In this document: piece after piece, positions 51,485-62,090 of the stretch
Numbering within the stretch: the stretch's first letter is position 1
How the letters are laid out: each line of letters begins with the position of its first letter
Assembly (NCBI GenBank): GCA_963837175.1
Contig: CAWIMJ010000025.1
Span: forward strand, 32,001-96,000
Direction: 5' to 3'
From: an uncultured Nitrososphaeraceae archaeon
GTDB taxonomy: Archaea; Thermoproteota; Nitrososphaeria; Nitrososphaerales; Nitrososphaeraceae
DNA length: 64,000 bases
Made by a program: the position numbers and the translations under genes
Notes under the pieces: model-generated
The model's input: the letters and a program-made list of their open reading frames with translations, nothing else
Database searches by the model: none
Told to the model about the DNA's origin: nothing

Positions 51485-52432
51485 ATGCCTCTAAAGGATG
51501 ATAAAATGAATCATACTAAAATAATAAACAAAAGAATTATCCTAATTATCATTGCATTATCCTTATCTGAACTAATTGTTCTTGCAGCAGCATTAGCACC
51601 TAATATTACTTCTGCGCAATCAATTCCAGTTGTCATTCTACCTCCAAGAAACAATAGTAATTCTATCTCATCGAATCAAGGGATTGCATTTCCTGGGCCC
51701 TTTCCTGCACAATTCGGACCACCACCATCTTCCGAGCTAACTGCAACTGAAATCAGTTCGTCAACAAACAAGAAATGCACATTAACACCATCATTAATCG
51801 AAGAAGGAACACCGCAACAAATTGAAGGCCCGTACTTTGTCGATGGGATGCCCAATCGTTCTGACATCAGGTCAGATCCCTCAGATGGTTCAGTGCAAGA
51901 AGGCTTTCCATTGCTTCTTATTCTTCACGTCTATGACGTAGATAATGGTTCATGCGTTCCTCTTAGTGGAGCACAAGTAGACATCTGGCATGCCAATTCT
52001 CAGGGCGTCTATTCAGGCGTTCAGGATGCTGGTACTATGGGAAAGAAGTTCCTTCGTGGATATCAAGTGACAGACGATAATGGGAGTGTTGGATTTACTA
52101 CGATTTATCCAGGCTGGTATCAGGGAAGAGCCATTCACATACACGTTAAGGTACGCAATTTTGAAGGATTAGAGAAAACTTTGAAGTGGACATCGCAGTT
52201 TTACCTTAACGATTCTATCAACGAGCAGATACACAAGCAACCTCCATACAGTGACCACGGACCTCCCGACATAACGAATGAAGAGGATGGGATTTACAGA
52301 GGAGCCTCAACAGATGGATTGGTACAAAGCAATACTGGAGAGAATCTGATGCTCAATTTGACTAAAGACCCTGAGCAATCCTCCTACCTGGGAACATTCA
52401 ATATTGTGCTAAAATCAGGTCAATATGGGTAG
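51485..52432 (+). CDS. secreted intradiol ring-cleavage dioxygenase-like protein
   Basis: Signal/TM segment; EGPYF, VDIWHANSQGVYS, FLRGYQ and YPGWYQGRAIHIH (Tyr2/His2 iron ligands). Confidence 0.9.
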   Translation: MPLKDDKMNHTKIINKRIILIIIALSLSELIVLAAALAPNITSAQSIPVVILPPRNNSNSISSNQGIAFPGPFPAQFGPPPSSELTATEISSSTNKKCTLTPSLIEEGTPQQIEGPYFVDGMPNRSDIRSDPSDGSVQEGFPLLLILHVYDVDNGSCVPLSGAQVDIWHANSQGVYSGVQDAGTMGKKFLRGYQVTDDNGSVGFTTIYPGWYQGRAIHIHVKVRNFEGLEKTLKWTSQFYLNDSINEQIHKQPPYSDHGPPDITNEEDGIYRGASTDGLVQSNTGENLMLNLTKDPEQSSYLGTFNIVLKSGQYG

Positions 52433-52445
52433 TAATGCGTACGTC

Positions 52446-52655
52446 TTATACGAGATTCATCAACATAACGAAATTGCTGACTATCAGTACACATTGCCCA
52501 AAATTCAAATTAATATGATTGTTGTTACGACCATGACAATGCATTGACATTTCATCTTCCTTCTTACAGCTGCCACATATGTGCTGAATAACCTCCTTGC
52601 AATCCGAACAGTATTTGAATGCAATCATCTCCTCCCCACAGGCTCTACACAACAT
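52446..52655 (-). CDS. small zinc-ribbon protein
   Basis: Three CxxC motifs plus HCH. Confidence 0.65.
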   Translation of the reverse strand: MLCRACGEEMIAFKYCSDCKEVIQHICGSCKKEDEMSMHCHGRNNNHINLNFGQCVLIVSNFVMLMNLV

Positions 52656-54040
52656 AATTTGTGTATCGACTTTATCGCTTTTAAGTGATAAGTATCATAA
52701 TACATCCTTTGAGTAGCATTTCTAAGTATTGTATATATGGAAAACACATCTAATACAGACAGGTGCTATTCTAGAAGAAAGTGACAATATGTTCTAATGA
52801 TCTTGTTTTTGTCAGTTAGTATTCCATACATAACCCTAAATTATACATTCAACCGTAACTGCCTTTATGGCTAGAATAAACTGCAGGCATACAAAAAATC
52901 TGATAAACAAACACACAGCAGATATTGCATTGTAATATCTCAGTTCGCCTTTTTAATACCCAATTATACTCTTTATATTAGTATTTATTGCCTAATGATG
53001 ACAAGAACTAAGCCAAGGAGCAGTTTGTAGAATTAGGAGTTTTTAGAGTTTCGGACCCACAATACTTACTAATGCAATTATCCTGATACAGGTATTAGCA
53101 AATCTAGTAGCGATGACCATGCTGCTACGACAGCCTCATCAGCAATGACTAGCTTTGGTATCCCGTTAATTGGTAAAATGCCAGCTGGATTTTCAATTGA
53201 ATCTATGAAAGCATAATAAACTAAGTCCTATTGAATAGATTTTGGTGTAGTATCCACTAAATACATTATCGAAGAGGTTCGAAGATAACATTTTCATAAG
53301 ACATTCTTATTCGCTTGTTCTGTTGATGAAACGAGCCTTTCAGAAGATCCTATTATTCCAATTATATTTACATTCACTGACAAATAATACTAGCCGTTAA
53401 TAAAACCCATAATAATTAAATGGAGATTAACGATGTGTTTTCGTTTATATTAGCATAGACATATTTGTCTCATGTATCGCATTGTGTTTCCTTCAGAATG
53501 GAATGTGTGCCTTGTTCCCGGCTACAAACAACCTTATTTGAAGGTCTGCTATCGCAGTGCGATACATTTCATTTTACTATTCATTTCAGGAAAAGACAAG
53601 AAAATACATTCAATTGATAAACAGTACCTCTAGAGATGCATCAAGGTATAAGCCGTATGTATATTTTATATTTCCTTTCTTGTACTATATTATGCGTGCA
53701 GATGAATCATCGAAGAAAATAGCTTGCTTATTCTTTCTTCCTAGCTATGAAATTTCTCTCCTAACTATACCATGTTAGAATTGATGCATACATACGCTGC
53801 TATCGAAAGTGACCCTAACCAATCTATAACAATATGTCTTACTGAAGGAGTAATTCATAAGATTATTGATAGTTGTTATTCATATAATAGAGATTACATG
53901 GCTTCCTAGGTCTTGTCATCATCATATAATCTTCATTTATCATCAGAGAATCAACGAATATTATTTCCTAGTCAAGATTCAATCAAATATATTTCCTTGA
54001 AAGTCGAAACATGTGAATTATCGTCGTTACTATCTTGTGA

Positions 54041-55402
54041 TTATTCCATATCCCAATAGATCGTTTTATCATCATCGTCTTCTGGTTGGGGCTCAGGCTC
54101 TGGTTGGGGCTCAGGCTCTGGTTGGGGCTCAGGCTCTGGTTGGGGCTCAGGCTCTGGTTGGGGCTCAGGCTCTGGTAGAGGTTCTTCTTTCTGTTGCTTC
54201 TGAGTAGATGGTGATGAAGGAGGTTCAGATGGTGTTATTGGAACAGAAGGAATTGATTCTGGTGGTGTTGTTGTTGCGGTTTTAGTATTATTATCATTAT
54301 CTCCCCTGACAGAAGACGAAGAACGAGATCCTACTATCCCAGTAACATTTATGTTATAATATTTTGTTAAATAAGCAGCATTAGTATTATTATTATTGTT
54401 ATTATTTTCATTATTATTCTTGTTATCATCATCTAAACACGATATTTGTGCAGTCAACTCGTTTGTTCCGTTTGTAATTACGTGATATGTAGGGGTATAC
54501 GTAAAAGTCCAAGAAGAATAATCCTTGACTCCACCTGGACCTAATGCTTTCACAATCTGAAGTGGATTTTGGCCATCCCAACCAGCATACACTGTACAGT
54601 TAGTAGCTAGATTATCTGATGAATGTCCCGCAATCGTGAAATTTCCAACAGGAATTTCTTGTCCAGATTTATGTGATGTGATATTTACATTGACTCTGTC
54701 AAGAGTGAAATTATTTGCAATTAGAGGACTTGGAATTGAAGTTAGAGAAGAAATATTGTCTTTTACTATTACTCCTCCTTCTTTTACTACTCCTGTTTCT
54801 TTTGAAATAGCATTAGCAGTATTGTTGGTGTCTATGGTAAATGATTGATGTTGATCTTCTTTTGCAGATGTTATAGTAGTCGTATTATTCGTAATCCTGG
54901 CTGCTACTCCAATTACATTTACACTATAATATTTTGTTAAATTGACAGTACGTGTACCATTATTATCATCAAAACACGATAATTTAGAAGTTAGATTGTT
55001 TGTTCCGTTTATAATAAGATGATATTTATCAGTATACGTATAATTCCATTTAGAATAATCATCTACTCCTCCAAGACCTGCTGCTATCGCTTTCTGAAAG
55101 GGCTTCGTATTATTCCAATCAATATATACTGTACAATCAGAAGTTGCATTATCTGTAGATATTCCTGATATTGTAAGCTGGCCAACTGGCACTTGTTGGC
55201 CTGTACTTGGTGATGTAATCTTTACGCTTATTATTGGCGGCAAATGCTGCGGCTGTTGTTGTAGTTGTAGTTGTGGTTGCGCTTGTACATATGAAGCACC
55301 ATAATAATCTGGATGAGTAGAATAAAGTAGTAGGATTATTAGTCCAAAAATAAATAAGATATTAAGTTCTTTTGTCAACTTTACCTGGTTAGACCTTGTC
55401 AT
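54041..55402 (-). CDS. secreted/surface protein with two Ig-like repeats and a PEPEPQ tail
   Basis: Signal peptide; duplicated ~95-aa domain (ITS..GQ..PVG..TI.G.S.DN...CTVY...DYS.W..TY...NGTN.LT...SC). Confidence 0.85.
   Translation of the reverse strand: MTRSNQVKLTKELNILFIFGLIILLLYSTHPDYYGASYVQAQPQLQLQQQPQHLPPIISVKITSPSTGQQVPVGQLTISGISTDNATSDCTVYIDWNNTKPFQKAIAAGLGGVDDYSKWNYTYTDKYHLIINGTNNLTSKLSCFDDNNGTRTVNLTKYYSVNVIGVAARITNNTTTITSAKEDQHQSFTIDTNNTANAISKETGVVKEGGVIVKDNISSLTSIPSPLIANNFTLDRVNVNITSHKSGQEIPVGNFTIAGHSSDNLATNCTVYAGWDGQNPLQIVKALGPGGVKDYSSWTFTYTPTYHVITNGTNELTAQISCLDDDNKNNNENNNNNNNTNAAYLTKYYNINVTGIVGSRSSSSVRGDNDNNTKTATTTPPESIPSVPITPSEPPSSPSTQKQQKEEPLPEPEPQPEPEPQPEPEPQPEPEPQPEPEPQPEDDDDKTIYWDME
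54082..54175. repeat. 18-bp tandem repeat (~5 copies) encoding PEPEPQ
   Basis: CTGGTTGGGGCTCAGGCT repeated identically. Confidence 0.95.
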
Positions 55403-55627
55403 ACTTTATACTACCTATCTATGACAATATTACTGCTACAATAATAGAGTTAGGAATAGAATGGGGATGGTCCTGTTCAATGGGTCTATGGATCTCTTTG
55501 ACATGTAGAGATGAGTTTGATGCTATTTCCAAAGGCCATTATATGAAACATTAGTTCCAGTTTTGAACCCGTTAATGATATAGAACTTTAACATATGATA
55601 AACTACATTACTGTCATTATATAATTT

Positions 55628-56278
55628 TCATTTTCTAGCCAATCGCTCAATCTTTTGCTCGAATTCATATCTCCATCCTTCTGGCAGAGCTTCTATTTTT
55701 GTTGCTCGCCTCATAGTTTCAATGTCTTCGTCGTCTCTAACATAAAGGCGCACAATGTCTTTTATCGTGACATTATTTTCATCTTTTCTAATAATACTTA
55801 TCTTATCACCTGCTTCGACTTGTCCTTCTTGTAATACCTTAAAATAAATACCTGGACGATCACTTGCCATAAATCTTCTAATGACATCCATACGTCCAAA
55901 CCTAACGCCAAGTTTGTAACATGGCATTCTAGGCTGGGTTGCAACAAGTTTAGCTGATCCAATCTGAAATTTATTACCGATATTAACAGTATCTTCCATT
56001 AGTCCTTCAGTAGTAAAGTTCTCTCCAAACATCCCCCATCTAAGATCCATATCAGGAAACTGCTTACGCCAAAAGTCATAATGTTCTTCTGGATAAGAAT
56101 ATACTGCCTTGTCTAGCCCTCCGTGGACAGTTAAATCTGCTTGTCTGTCACCATCAAGGTTAAGCTTTCGCAACATTATTGGACCTTTGACTGGATCCTT
56201 GAAGATAGAAGTAGTTACAATTTGCCCATTAAAGACCACTTGTCTTGGAAGCCCAACATTGACTGAAAGCACTCTCAT
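55628..56278 (-). CDS. MOSC domain protein (YiiM-like, with 3-alpha domain)
   Basis: GDRQADLTVHGG.DKAVY, FGENFT and QPRMPCYKL. Confidence 0.92.
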   Translation of the reverse strand: MRVLSVNVGLPRQVVFNGQIVTTSIFKDPVKGPIMLRKLNLDGDRQADLTVHGGLDKAVYSYPEEHYDFWRKQFPDMDLRWGMFGENFTTEGLMEDTVNIGNKFQIGSAKLVATQPRMPCYKLGVRFGRMDVIRRFMASDRPGIYFKVLQEGQVEAGDKISIIRKDENNVTIKDIVRLYVRDDEDIETMRRATKIEALPEGWRYEFEQKIERLARK

Positions 56279-56344
56279 TGTTATACAAGATTGAATGCAT
56301 AGTTTATAATTGATTGTAGTTACAGGATGAAAATAAGAGGACTA

Positions 56345-56720
56345 AAATCTGTTTATCTTCATTTGGTTGCTTTTCTCCCTCATGGAAGCCCACGAGATAT
56401 TTTCTTCCAATTTAATACAATATCGTGCATTACATAAAGTAGCTTGGTTGCCTTGTAATAATTGGTATTTGTAGATTCAGATATTTCTGCTCTTCTAAGT
56501 CTATCTTTTTGAAACTCTGAATGACATAAGGATTTCTTGAGTCCACCGCTGATTTTCTCTTGCCTTTAGGACAAATTGTTTAGTCTATTCTTCTAATGTT
56601 CCTGAGATTTATAGAAATTCCAAGAAATATTGGAACCTACGGAGGTATTGGCTTTTTATATCAGGTGCTCGTAAGCCATACATAAAAGTTGCTAGAACGT
56701 CTCTTTCTTTTAGAATGAAG
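56345..56720 (-). pseudogene. tyrosine recombinase/integrase N-terminal fragment (pseudogene)
   Basis: Hand translation: FMYGLRAPDIKSQYLRRFQYFLEFL*..FQKDRLRRAEISESTNTNYYKATKL..LNWKKISRGLP*GRKA; resembles the N-terminus of thaumarchaeal tRNA-associated integrases; stops and a frameshift. Confidence 0.75.
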
Positions 56721-56774
56721 AATTTATATGTATATAATTGGAAGGTGGGCCTAAATAAAGCGTCAAGATTGACT

Positions 56775-56848
56775 TGGGCCGAAAGGGAGTTGAACCCTCG
56801 ACCTTTCGATTATCAGTCGAACGCTCCACCAAGCTGAGCTATCGGCCC
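56775..56848 (-). tRNA. tRNA-Ile(GAT)
   Basis: Cloverleaf: acceptor GGGCCGA/TCGGCCC, anticodon arm TTCGA-CTGATAA-TCGAA, T loop TTCAACT; no intron, CCA not encoded. Confidence 0.96.
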
Positions 56849-57278
56849 GTTGATTTGTTGAAAATTAGCGATATTTAATCGTGTGGCTTTTGAAAATGAA
56901 ATCCATTATTATTCATCATCATAGACGTGTACAAATTTTATATGATAGAATTGTCTTATAGTACTTGCAAGGGATTATCGTAATCTAAAAATACTCGAGT
57001 CGAGAATATCATTAAGCGAACTTTCACTATATATTTTATTAAGCGAATAAGAGCGCATGCAAACACCTATCTGTCGCCAATGAACTAAAATGATCTATGC
57101 AAATCTTGATTCATGGATTTTGATCATAATTACTACCCTTTTATTTCTTTCATTATATTTGGTGTCAGTATATAAAATTTTCATGACCATATATAATTCA
57201 GTAGTAACTTATAAAAAAAGTTCTCTCCGACTGCGTGGCTAGCTGTATTCTCTTTATCCAATCCCATTTAATGATTTG

Positions 57279-59120
57279 TTAATAATTGTTAATTGGAATA
57301 CTGAAAACAAAAGTTGCTCCTTTTCCGTCTGCATTATTTGCAGCCCATATATTTCCACCATGTCTCTCTACTATGCTTTTAGAGATATACAAACCTAAGC
57401 CAGTTCCCTTTTCTGATTTTGTAGCAAATTTTGAAAATAACCTTGGTAGGATTTCAGAGTCTATTCCCACACCTGTATCCTTTACGGTAATTATTACATC
57501 TTTGCCTTTCGTTTCCGTTGAAATTGAAATGTAACCTTCTTCAGTGAATTTTAGAGCATTACTTAGTACGTTGGAAATGACTTGGGAAATCCTCTCTTTA
57601 TCTGCTGATACAATAACATCATCGGCTTTGTAAAGTACTTGCAAAGAAGGATTATTTCCAATATTTTTTGCGATATGATCTCTGAGATCTTGTACTGTGG
57701 CTGATAAAACTTCCTTTAGATTAAATCTTTCCTTATTCAACTTAAGTGACTGGCTTTCAATTTTTGAAACATCAAGGATATCCGATGCGAGTCGATCTAA
57801 CCTTTTTGCATTCCGAATTATCAATGAAAGTTGTTCCTTTTCTATTTCAATAGTTTTCCTCTTATTATTGAACTGATGTTCAATAAACTCTGCTTCGCCC
57901 AGAATTGGCATTATTGGAGTTCGTAATTCATGAGCTGCGATATTGATAAACTCCTTCTGCATTTTGTCATGAACTTTCAACTGTTCGTTTGCTGCGGCTA
58001 GCAATTTATTCGACTCTATTAACGAGTCGTTTACTTTCTTGAGCTCTGCAGTCCTACCATTTACTGCGGTTTCCAACCTCCTGTTCCAAGACAAAATTAA
58101 AAATGCAATGCCAACTGCTATTGCACCAATTATAATGACCATGAGTGTGCTAAAGTTTTTTTGTTGCTCTATCACATTCCCAACGTTGCTTGTGAGCTTA
58201 TGCGGAGAGCTAATGAAAAGTGTCCATAGGTTTTTTCCCTCAATTAGTACTGGCTGGTATGATATTGTAGTCATCTCATTATCAATTGTAACATCTTCGG
58301 CGTTCGCCTTATTTTGCAATGACCGTTTCAAAATTGTATTATATTGTTCTTTTATCTCAGGTGGAATCACTGATTGAAAATCTTTTCCTAAATAATCTTT
58401 ACCTATAAGGGATTGATTTCGAGCATATAAAATTACTCCATTTTTGTCCATCAATCCCACATTGCTTGCAAATTCCGGTGATATTTCATTTTGCAAAAAC
58501 TTTCCCAAAGTGCGTATATCTATTACCGCAACGACAACTCCTTTGAACGTTCTCGATCCACCATTCTGAACTCCAGCATTAATATCTTTTTTCTGATTAT
58601 CCAGTATTGGAAAAGAAATATAAAGTCTAGGAATATTATTGGATGACTCTACTACGCTACTGTAATATGCTGAATGCTTGTCTTTTGGCATGACAAAGTA
58701 TTGTGTATAGCTCAAGTCCACTTTAGTGCCCATCGGGTATTTTGTATCATTTCTATTACTCCATGTAAGTAGTAGACCATCTTTATCAAGCAGGTAATAT
58801 GCATTTGTCAATCCACTCGTCGAATTTTGGGCGGTATTTAAAAGAATTTGCGACATATCCGTTCGATTATTTTGGATGGTCGGAGAATTAACAAGAATTC
58901 TCAAATTAGTTGTAATAGAGTCTATACCATGAACTAGGATACGCGATAAATCATATGCTTGTATCTTAGCATTTGACGTTACATCTTGTGAAGCAATTTT
59001 GGATATTTCACCTGCCGTAAAAGAAGAATACTGATAGGAAACCACAGACAAAGCCACACCGACCGCAGCAATTATAAAAAGTAACGCTATGTTATGGTTT
59101 GAGAGTGCTATTTGTATCAA
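57279..59120 (-). CDS. membrane sensor histidine kinase with extracellular Cache-like domain
   Basis: Two TMs; H-box AAHELRTP, N-box NALKF, DTGVGI and GTGLGL. Confidence 0.93.
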   Translation of the reverse strand: MIQIALSNHNIALLFIIAAVGVALSVVSYQYSSFTAGEISKIASQDVTSNAKIQAYDLSRILVHGIDSITTNLRILVNSPTIQNNRTDMSQILLNTAQNSTSGLTNAYYLLDKDGLLLTWSNRNDTKYPMGTKVDLSYTQYFVMPKDKHSAYYSSVVESSNNIPRLYISFPILDNQKKDINAGVQNGGSRTFKGVVVAVIDIRTLGKFLQNEISPEFASNVGLMDKNGVILYARNQSLIGKDYLGKDFQSVIPPEIKEQYNTILKRSLQNKANAEDVTIDNEMTTISYQPVLIEGKNLWTLFISSPHKLTSNVGNVIEQQKNFSTLMVIIIGAIAVGIAFLILSWNRRLETAVNGRTAELKKVNDSLIESNKLLAAANEQLKVHDKMQKEFINIAAHELRTPIMPILGEAEFIEHQFNNKRKTIEIEKEQLSLIIRNAKRLDRLASDILDVSKIESQSLKLNKERFNLKEVLSATVQDLRDHIAKNIGNNPSLQVLYKADDVIVSADKERISQVISNVLSNALKFTEEGYISISTETKGKDVIITVKDTGVGIDSEILPRLFSKFATKSEKGTGLGLYISKSIVERHGGNIWAANNADGKGATFVFSIPINNY

Positions 59121-59374
59121 TAATTTATATTAATTAGATTGTTGTACTTATAAATAAATCACACCAATACAATATTCTATAAATTTGCTTTGACAGACAA
59201 ATGAATCCAAAATGTATCCATTTGTTTTTAACCGATCACTTTGAGCAAATAATTAATTTATAGTATCTTACCTCAAATAATTATTGTCATACTCATCAAG
59301 AAAAACATGAAATGTTTAAAAAATGCCGAATCATAGCCTAGTTTATTGTTATCGATAGGACTTGTATATAGAGC

Positions 59375-59878
59375 TCAAACTAAAATGTTCTTGAAACGAC
59401 GTCTCAGATTATTTCCACAAAGCTCACATTGGTTAATATTTGGCCCATATGCTTTATTACATGCACTACAAAAGTTTATCCATCTTCTAACTTTTGTTAT
59501 GCCGTTATTTGCAATACTCCTGACTGGAATTTTTAAAAGGGCGGCAGTATTCTGTACTGCATAATCGTCTGAAATCAATATTGAATTTAGCTGAAGGGCA
59601 AGAGCAAGAACTGATAGATCGGCAGTCGAAAGTCTTTGGTAATCGCCAGTTTTTTTTGCTATTGTAACAACCTTTCTGAGAAATTCTTTGCTGGGTTCTA
59701 ATATTTTTAATTTATCTGAATCTATCAAAAATTCTATTGCACCATATCTTCGGTTTAGATGTTTTATTTCACTTAAAATTGAATTCGTAGTGTAGCATGT
59801 TGAAACAGTTAGAAAAGAAACACCCGAGTAAAAGGCACTTGCATCTATAACCAATTTCTTAGAAGCCAAGTTTTGCAA
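59375..59878 (-). CDS. nob1: Nob1 endoribonuclease (PIN plus Zn ribbon)
   Basis: VIDASAF, LSTADLSVLALA, SDDYAVQN and CxxC..CxxCG. Confidence 0.9.
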   Translation of the reverse strand: MQNLASKKLVIDASAFYSGVSFLTVSTCYTTNSILSEIKHLNRRYGAIEFLIDSDKLKILEPSKEFLRKVVTIAKKTGDYQRLSTADLSVLALALQLNSILISDDYAVQNTAALLKIPVRSIANNGITKVRRWINFCSACNKAYGPNINQCELCGNNLRRRFKNILV

Positions 59879-60680
59879 GCTGCCTCATACCCTTTTTACG
59901 AAGTCGAATAAATTGCGCATCAGGATAAAAACGAGAAATCTTTACGCTTTGTCCTGCAAACACCTTGAATATTTCCTGTCCATCTATTATTAGATTTGCA
60001 TCATGAGTACTCTTAATTTCTACTTCCTCAGTAGGAATTACTAGCTTTGGCAATCTGTTAACTGACGCAATTGGACTGAGCATTAAACAGTTCATCGCTT
60101 CATGCAGAACTGGACTACCGATGGAAAATGAGTGACCCGTTGACCCTGTTGGAGTTGAAATAAGGATACCATCCATTCTCTGTTTGATTTCATCATTCAT
60201 AAATCTTAGAGATATAGTGGGTGTTCGTGTCAAATTTATTCTCGTAAATAGAAAGTCATTCAATGCAGCTGAAGTCGTCGTACCCTCTACTGAAGCCTGT
60301 ATTCTGAGTCGAGAATCATAAAAATAACGTCCTTCCACTATTGCACTAATAGCATCATCTATTGAATCTACTCCCAGCTCTGCCAATATACCCCTATTGC
60401 CACCGATATTCATACTGAATACTGGTATTTCGCAGGGAATAATTCTGAATGCTCTCAAAGTAGTGCCATCTCCTCCTATTGCAAAAATAAGATCAAGATT
60501 AATTGTTTTTAATTCTTCAGGTGACTTTGATGTACTGTATTCTTCTAGTATCAGTGGATAAACACAATAAACTTTGATCTCTCTGCTAGTAAGTAACTTT
60601 GTAATCCTTCTTGCAGCCTCTTCAGCCTGAATACTATTAATTTTTGTTATTACGGCTACATTGCAGATTGCACCAGCCAT
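59859..60680 (-). CDS. nadK: NAD(+) kinase
   Basis: GGDGT, ALND and DGILISTPTGSTGHS. Confidence 0.94.
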   Translation of the reverse strand: MAGAICNVAVITKINSIQAEEAARRITKLLTSREIKVYCVYPLILEEYSTSKSPEELKTINLDLIFAIGGDGTTLRAFRIIPCEIPVFSMNIGGNRGILAELGVDSIDDAISAIVEGRYFYDSRLRIQASVEGTTTSAALNDFLFTRINLTRTPTISLRFMNDEIKQRMDGILISTPTGSTGHSFSIGSPVLHEAMNCLMLSPIASVNRLPKLVIPTEEVEIKSTHDANLIIDGQEIFKVFAGQSVKISRFYPDAQFIRLRKKGMRQLAKLGF

Positions 60681-61043
60681 TTAACTGAGATACTTATCAG
60701 TTGTCTTAGTCTTAAATGCATTTAGATCCATTTTGTAATTACTTTTGAGCATATCTACGCGCTAAACTATCATAATAACATTATAAATCTGTAAACACGG
60801 ATTTACATTATAAATTATGGTATATCAAAAAATAATTTATTTCATTAGTGCAGTCTATTTCGCAGAGTAAACACGACGATCCTCTTGAGTTTGATTAAAA
60901 TTATATCAAGTATTTAATAGTGATATGTAAAATCTGTATATCAAAGGTTGAGGATCTAATACTAATGTAATTATAATGATAAATTCTCTAGGGATATTAA
61001 AAATACGTTTGCTAGCCAAACATATTATAATCTTTGCCGTATA

Positions 61044-61667
61044 ATGGTTAGAGATTATTCTGACCTAATTTTTATATCACGAACACTAATCATAATCCAT
61101 ACTACTATGACTCAGTCTAATTTGAAAAATGATGATTCAGAAACAAGAAATTTTTTTCTTGTCGTCTTTTATGCATCTGCTGTGGGAATGATACTCATTA
61201 CATCTTATGGTCTTTATATTAGTGCTGGAGAATATTTTAATTCAGGTAGAATCGTTATTGGTGAAGTACTTGTCGATACTGACGTTCCTTTTTCAGGGTT
61301 TCCAAAACTAGTCACCTATCTCATGATTCTTTCGGTCATCACTTGGTATTGCGTAACTAAAATTGGTGGCGAAAAGGCGATTAATATACCAAACTCAACC
61401 AAATCTATTCTTCAGCTATTCGCGATTGGAATAGCTGTGATAGCACTGTATGAATTCCTTTACAATTTTATTATTTGGAGTTCTCTTATTACAGATAATG
61501 CACTAAAAGGCATAATAAATACAGATCAGATAATTATACCTTATCCAAATCCAGAGACCCCCTGGAATCTTGTATTTGCAACAAAAATGAATCTAGCTGC
61601 GTTTCTTATATCTGCACATGCATTTTATAAGATTTCGAAATTCGGTGAAAAGAAAATACAATTCTGA
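61044..61667 (+). CDS. hypothetical membrane protein
   Basis: About four TM segments; YPNPETPWNLVFATK; real start may be ATG at 61107. Confidence 0.75.
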   Translation: MVRDYSDLIFISRTLIIIHTTMTQSNLKNDDSETRNFFLVVFYASAVGMILITSYGLYISAGEYFNSGRIVIGEVLVDTDVPFSGFPKLVTYLMILSVITWYCVTKIGGEKAINIPNSTKSILQLFAIGIAVIALYEFLYNFIIWSSLITDNALKGIINTDQIIIPYPNPETPWNLVFATKMNLAAFLISAHAFYKISKFGEKKIQF

Positions 61668-62090
61668 TATAATAGAATTTATTTAAACTAAACATTTATG
61701 ATTTGACTAATCACCATACGGTGGATTATTCCAAAATAAATTTTTAAAATGATCGCTGAATACAGTAGTATGTGTTTTATGTTAAATTTTTGTCACTATA
61801 ACATCATCTGAGGCGATTCAATAATTGTACACTTTCCTACAGAAAGATCAATTTGTAATTTCAGGATGTACCTAGGCTTCTAATAGCATTAGATCTGCAC
61901 ATTTTAATGAAGAGTAAAGGATTTGTTGGCAAGATATCACCAAAACAATATTGACACATTCTTTGGTTGGGCTAATATCAGGCTTACTAGATATTGTATT
62001 GCATGACAAAATAGAATATATTACTTTTTATTATCGGATCAAATTTCTATTAAACTATATTCCAATTTCTCATTTAATCTGAATACATCC

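Noticed and set aside
52660-54040. Genes in the 1.4-kb gap, including ORF 53557..53778
   Set aside because: Only short stop-riddled frames with no recognisable motif
54013-54207. Plus-strand ORF with VGAQAL repeats
   Set aside because: Antisense shadow of the PEPEPQ repeat in the surface protein
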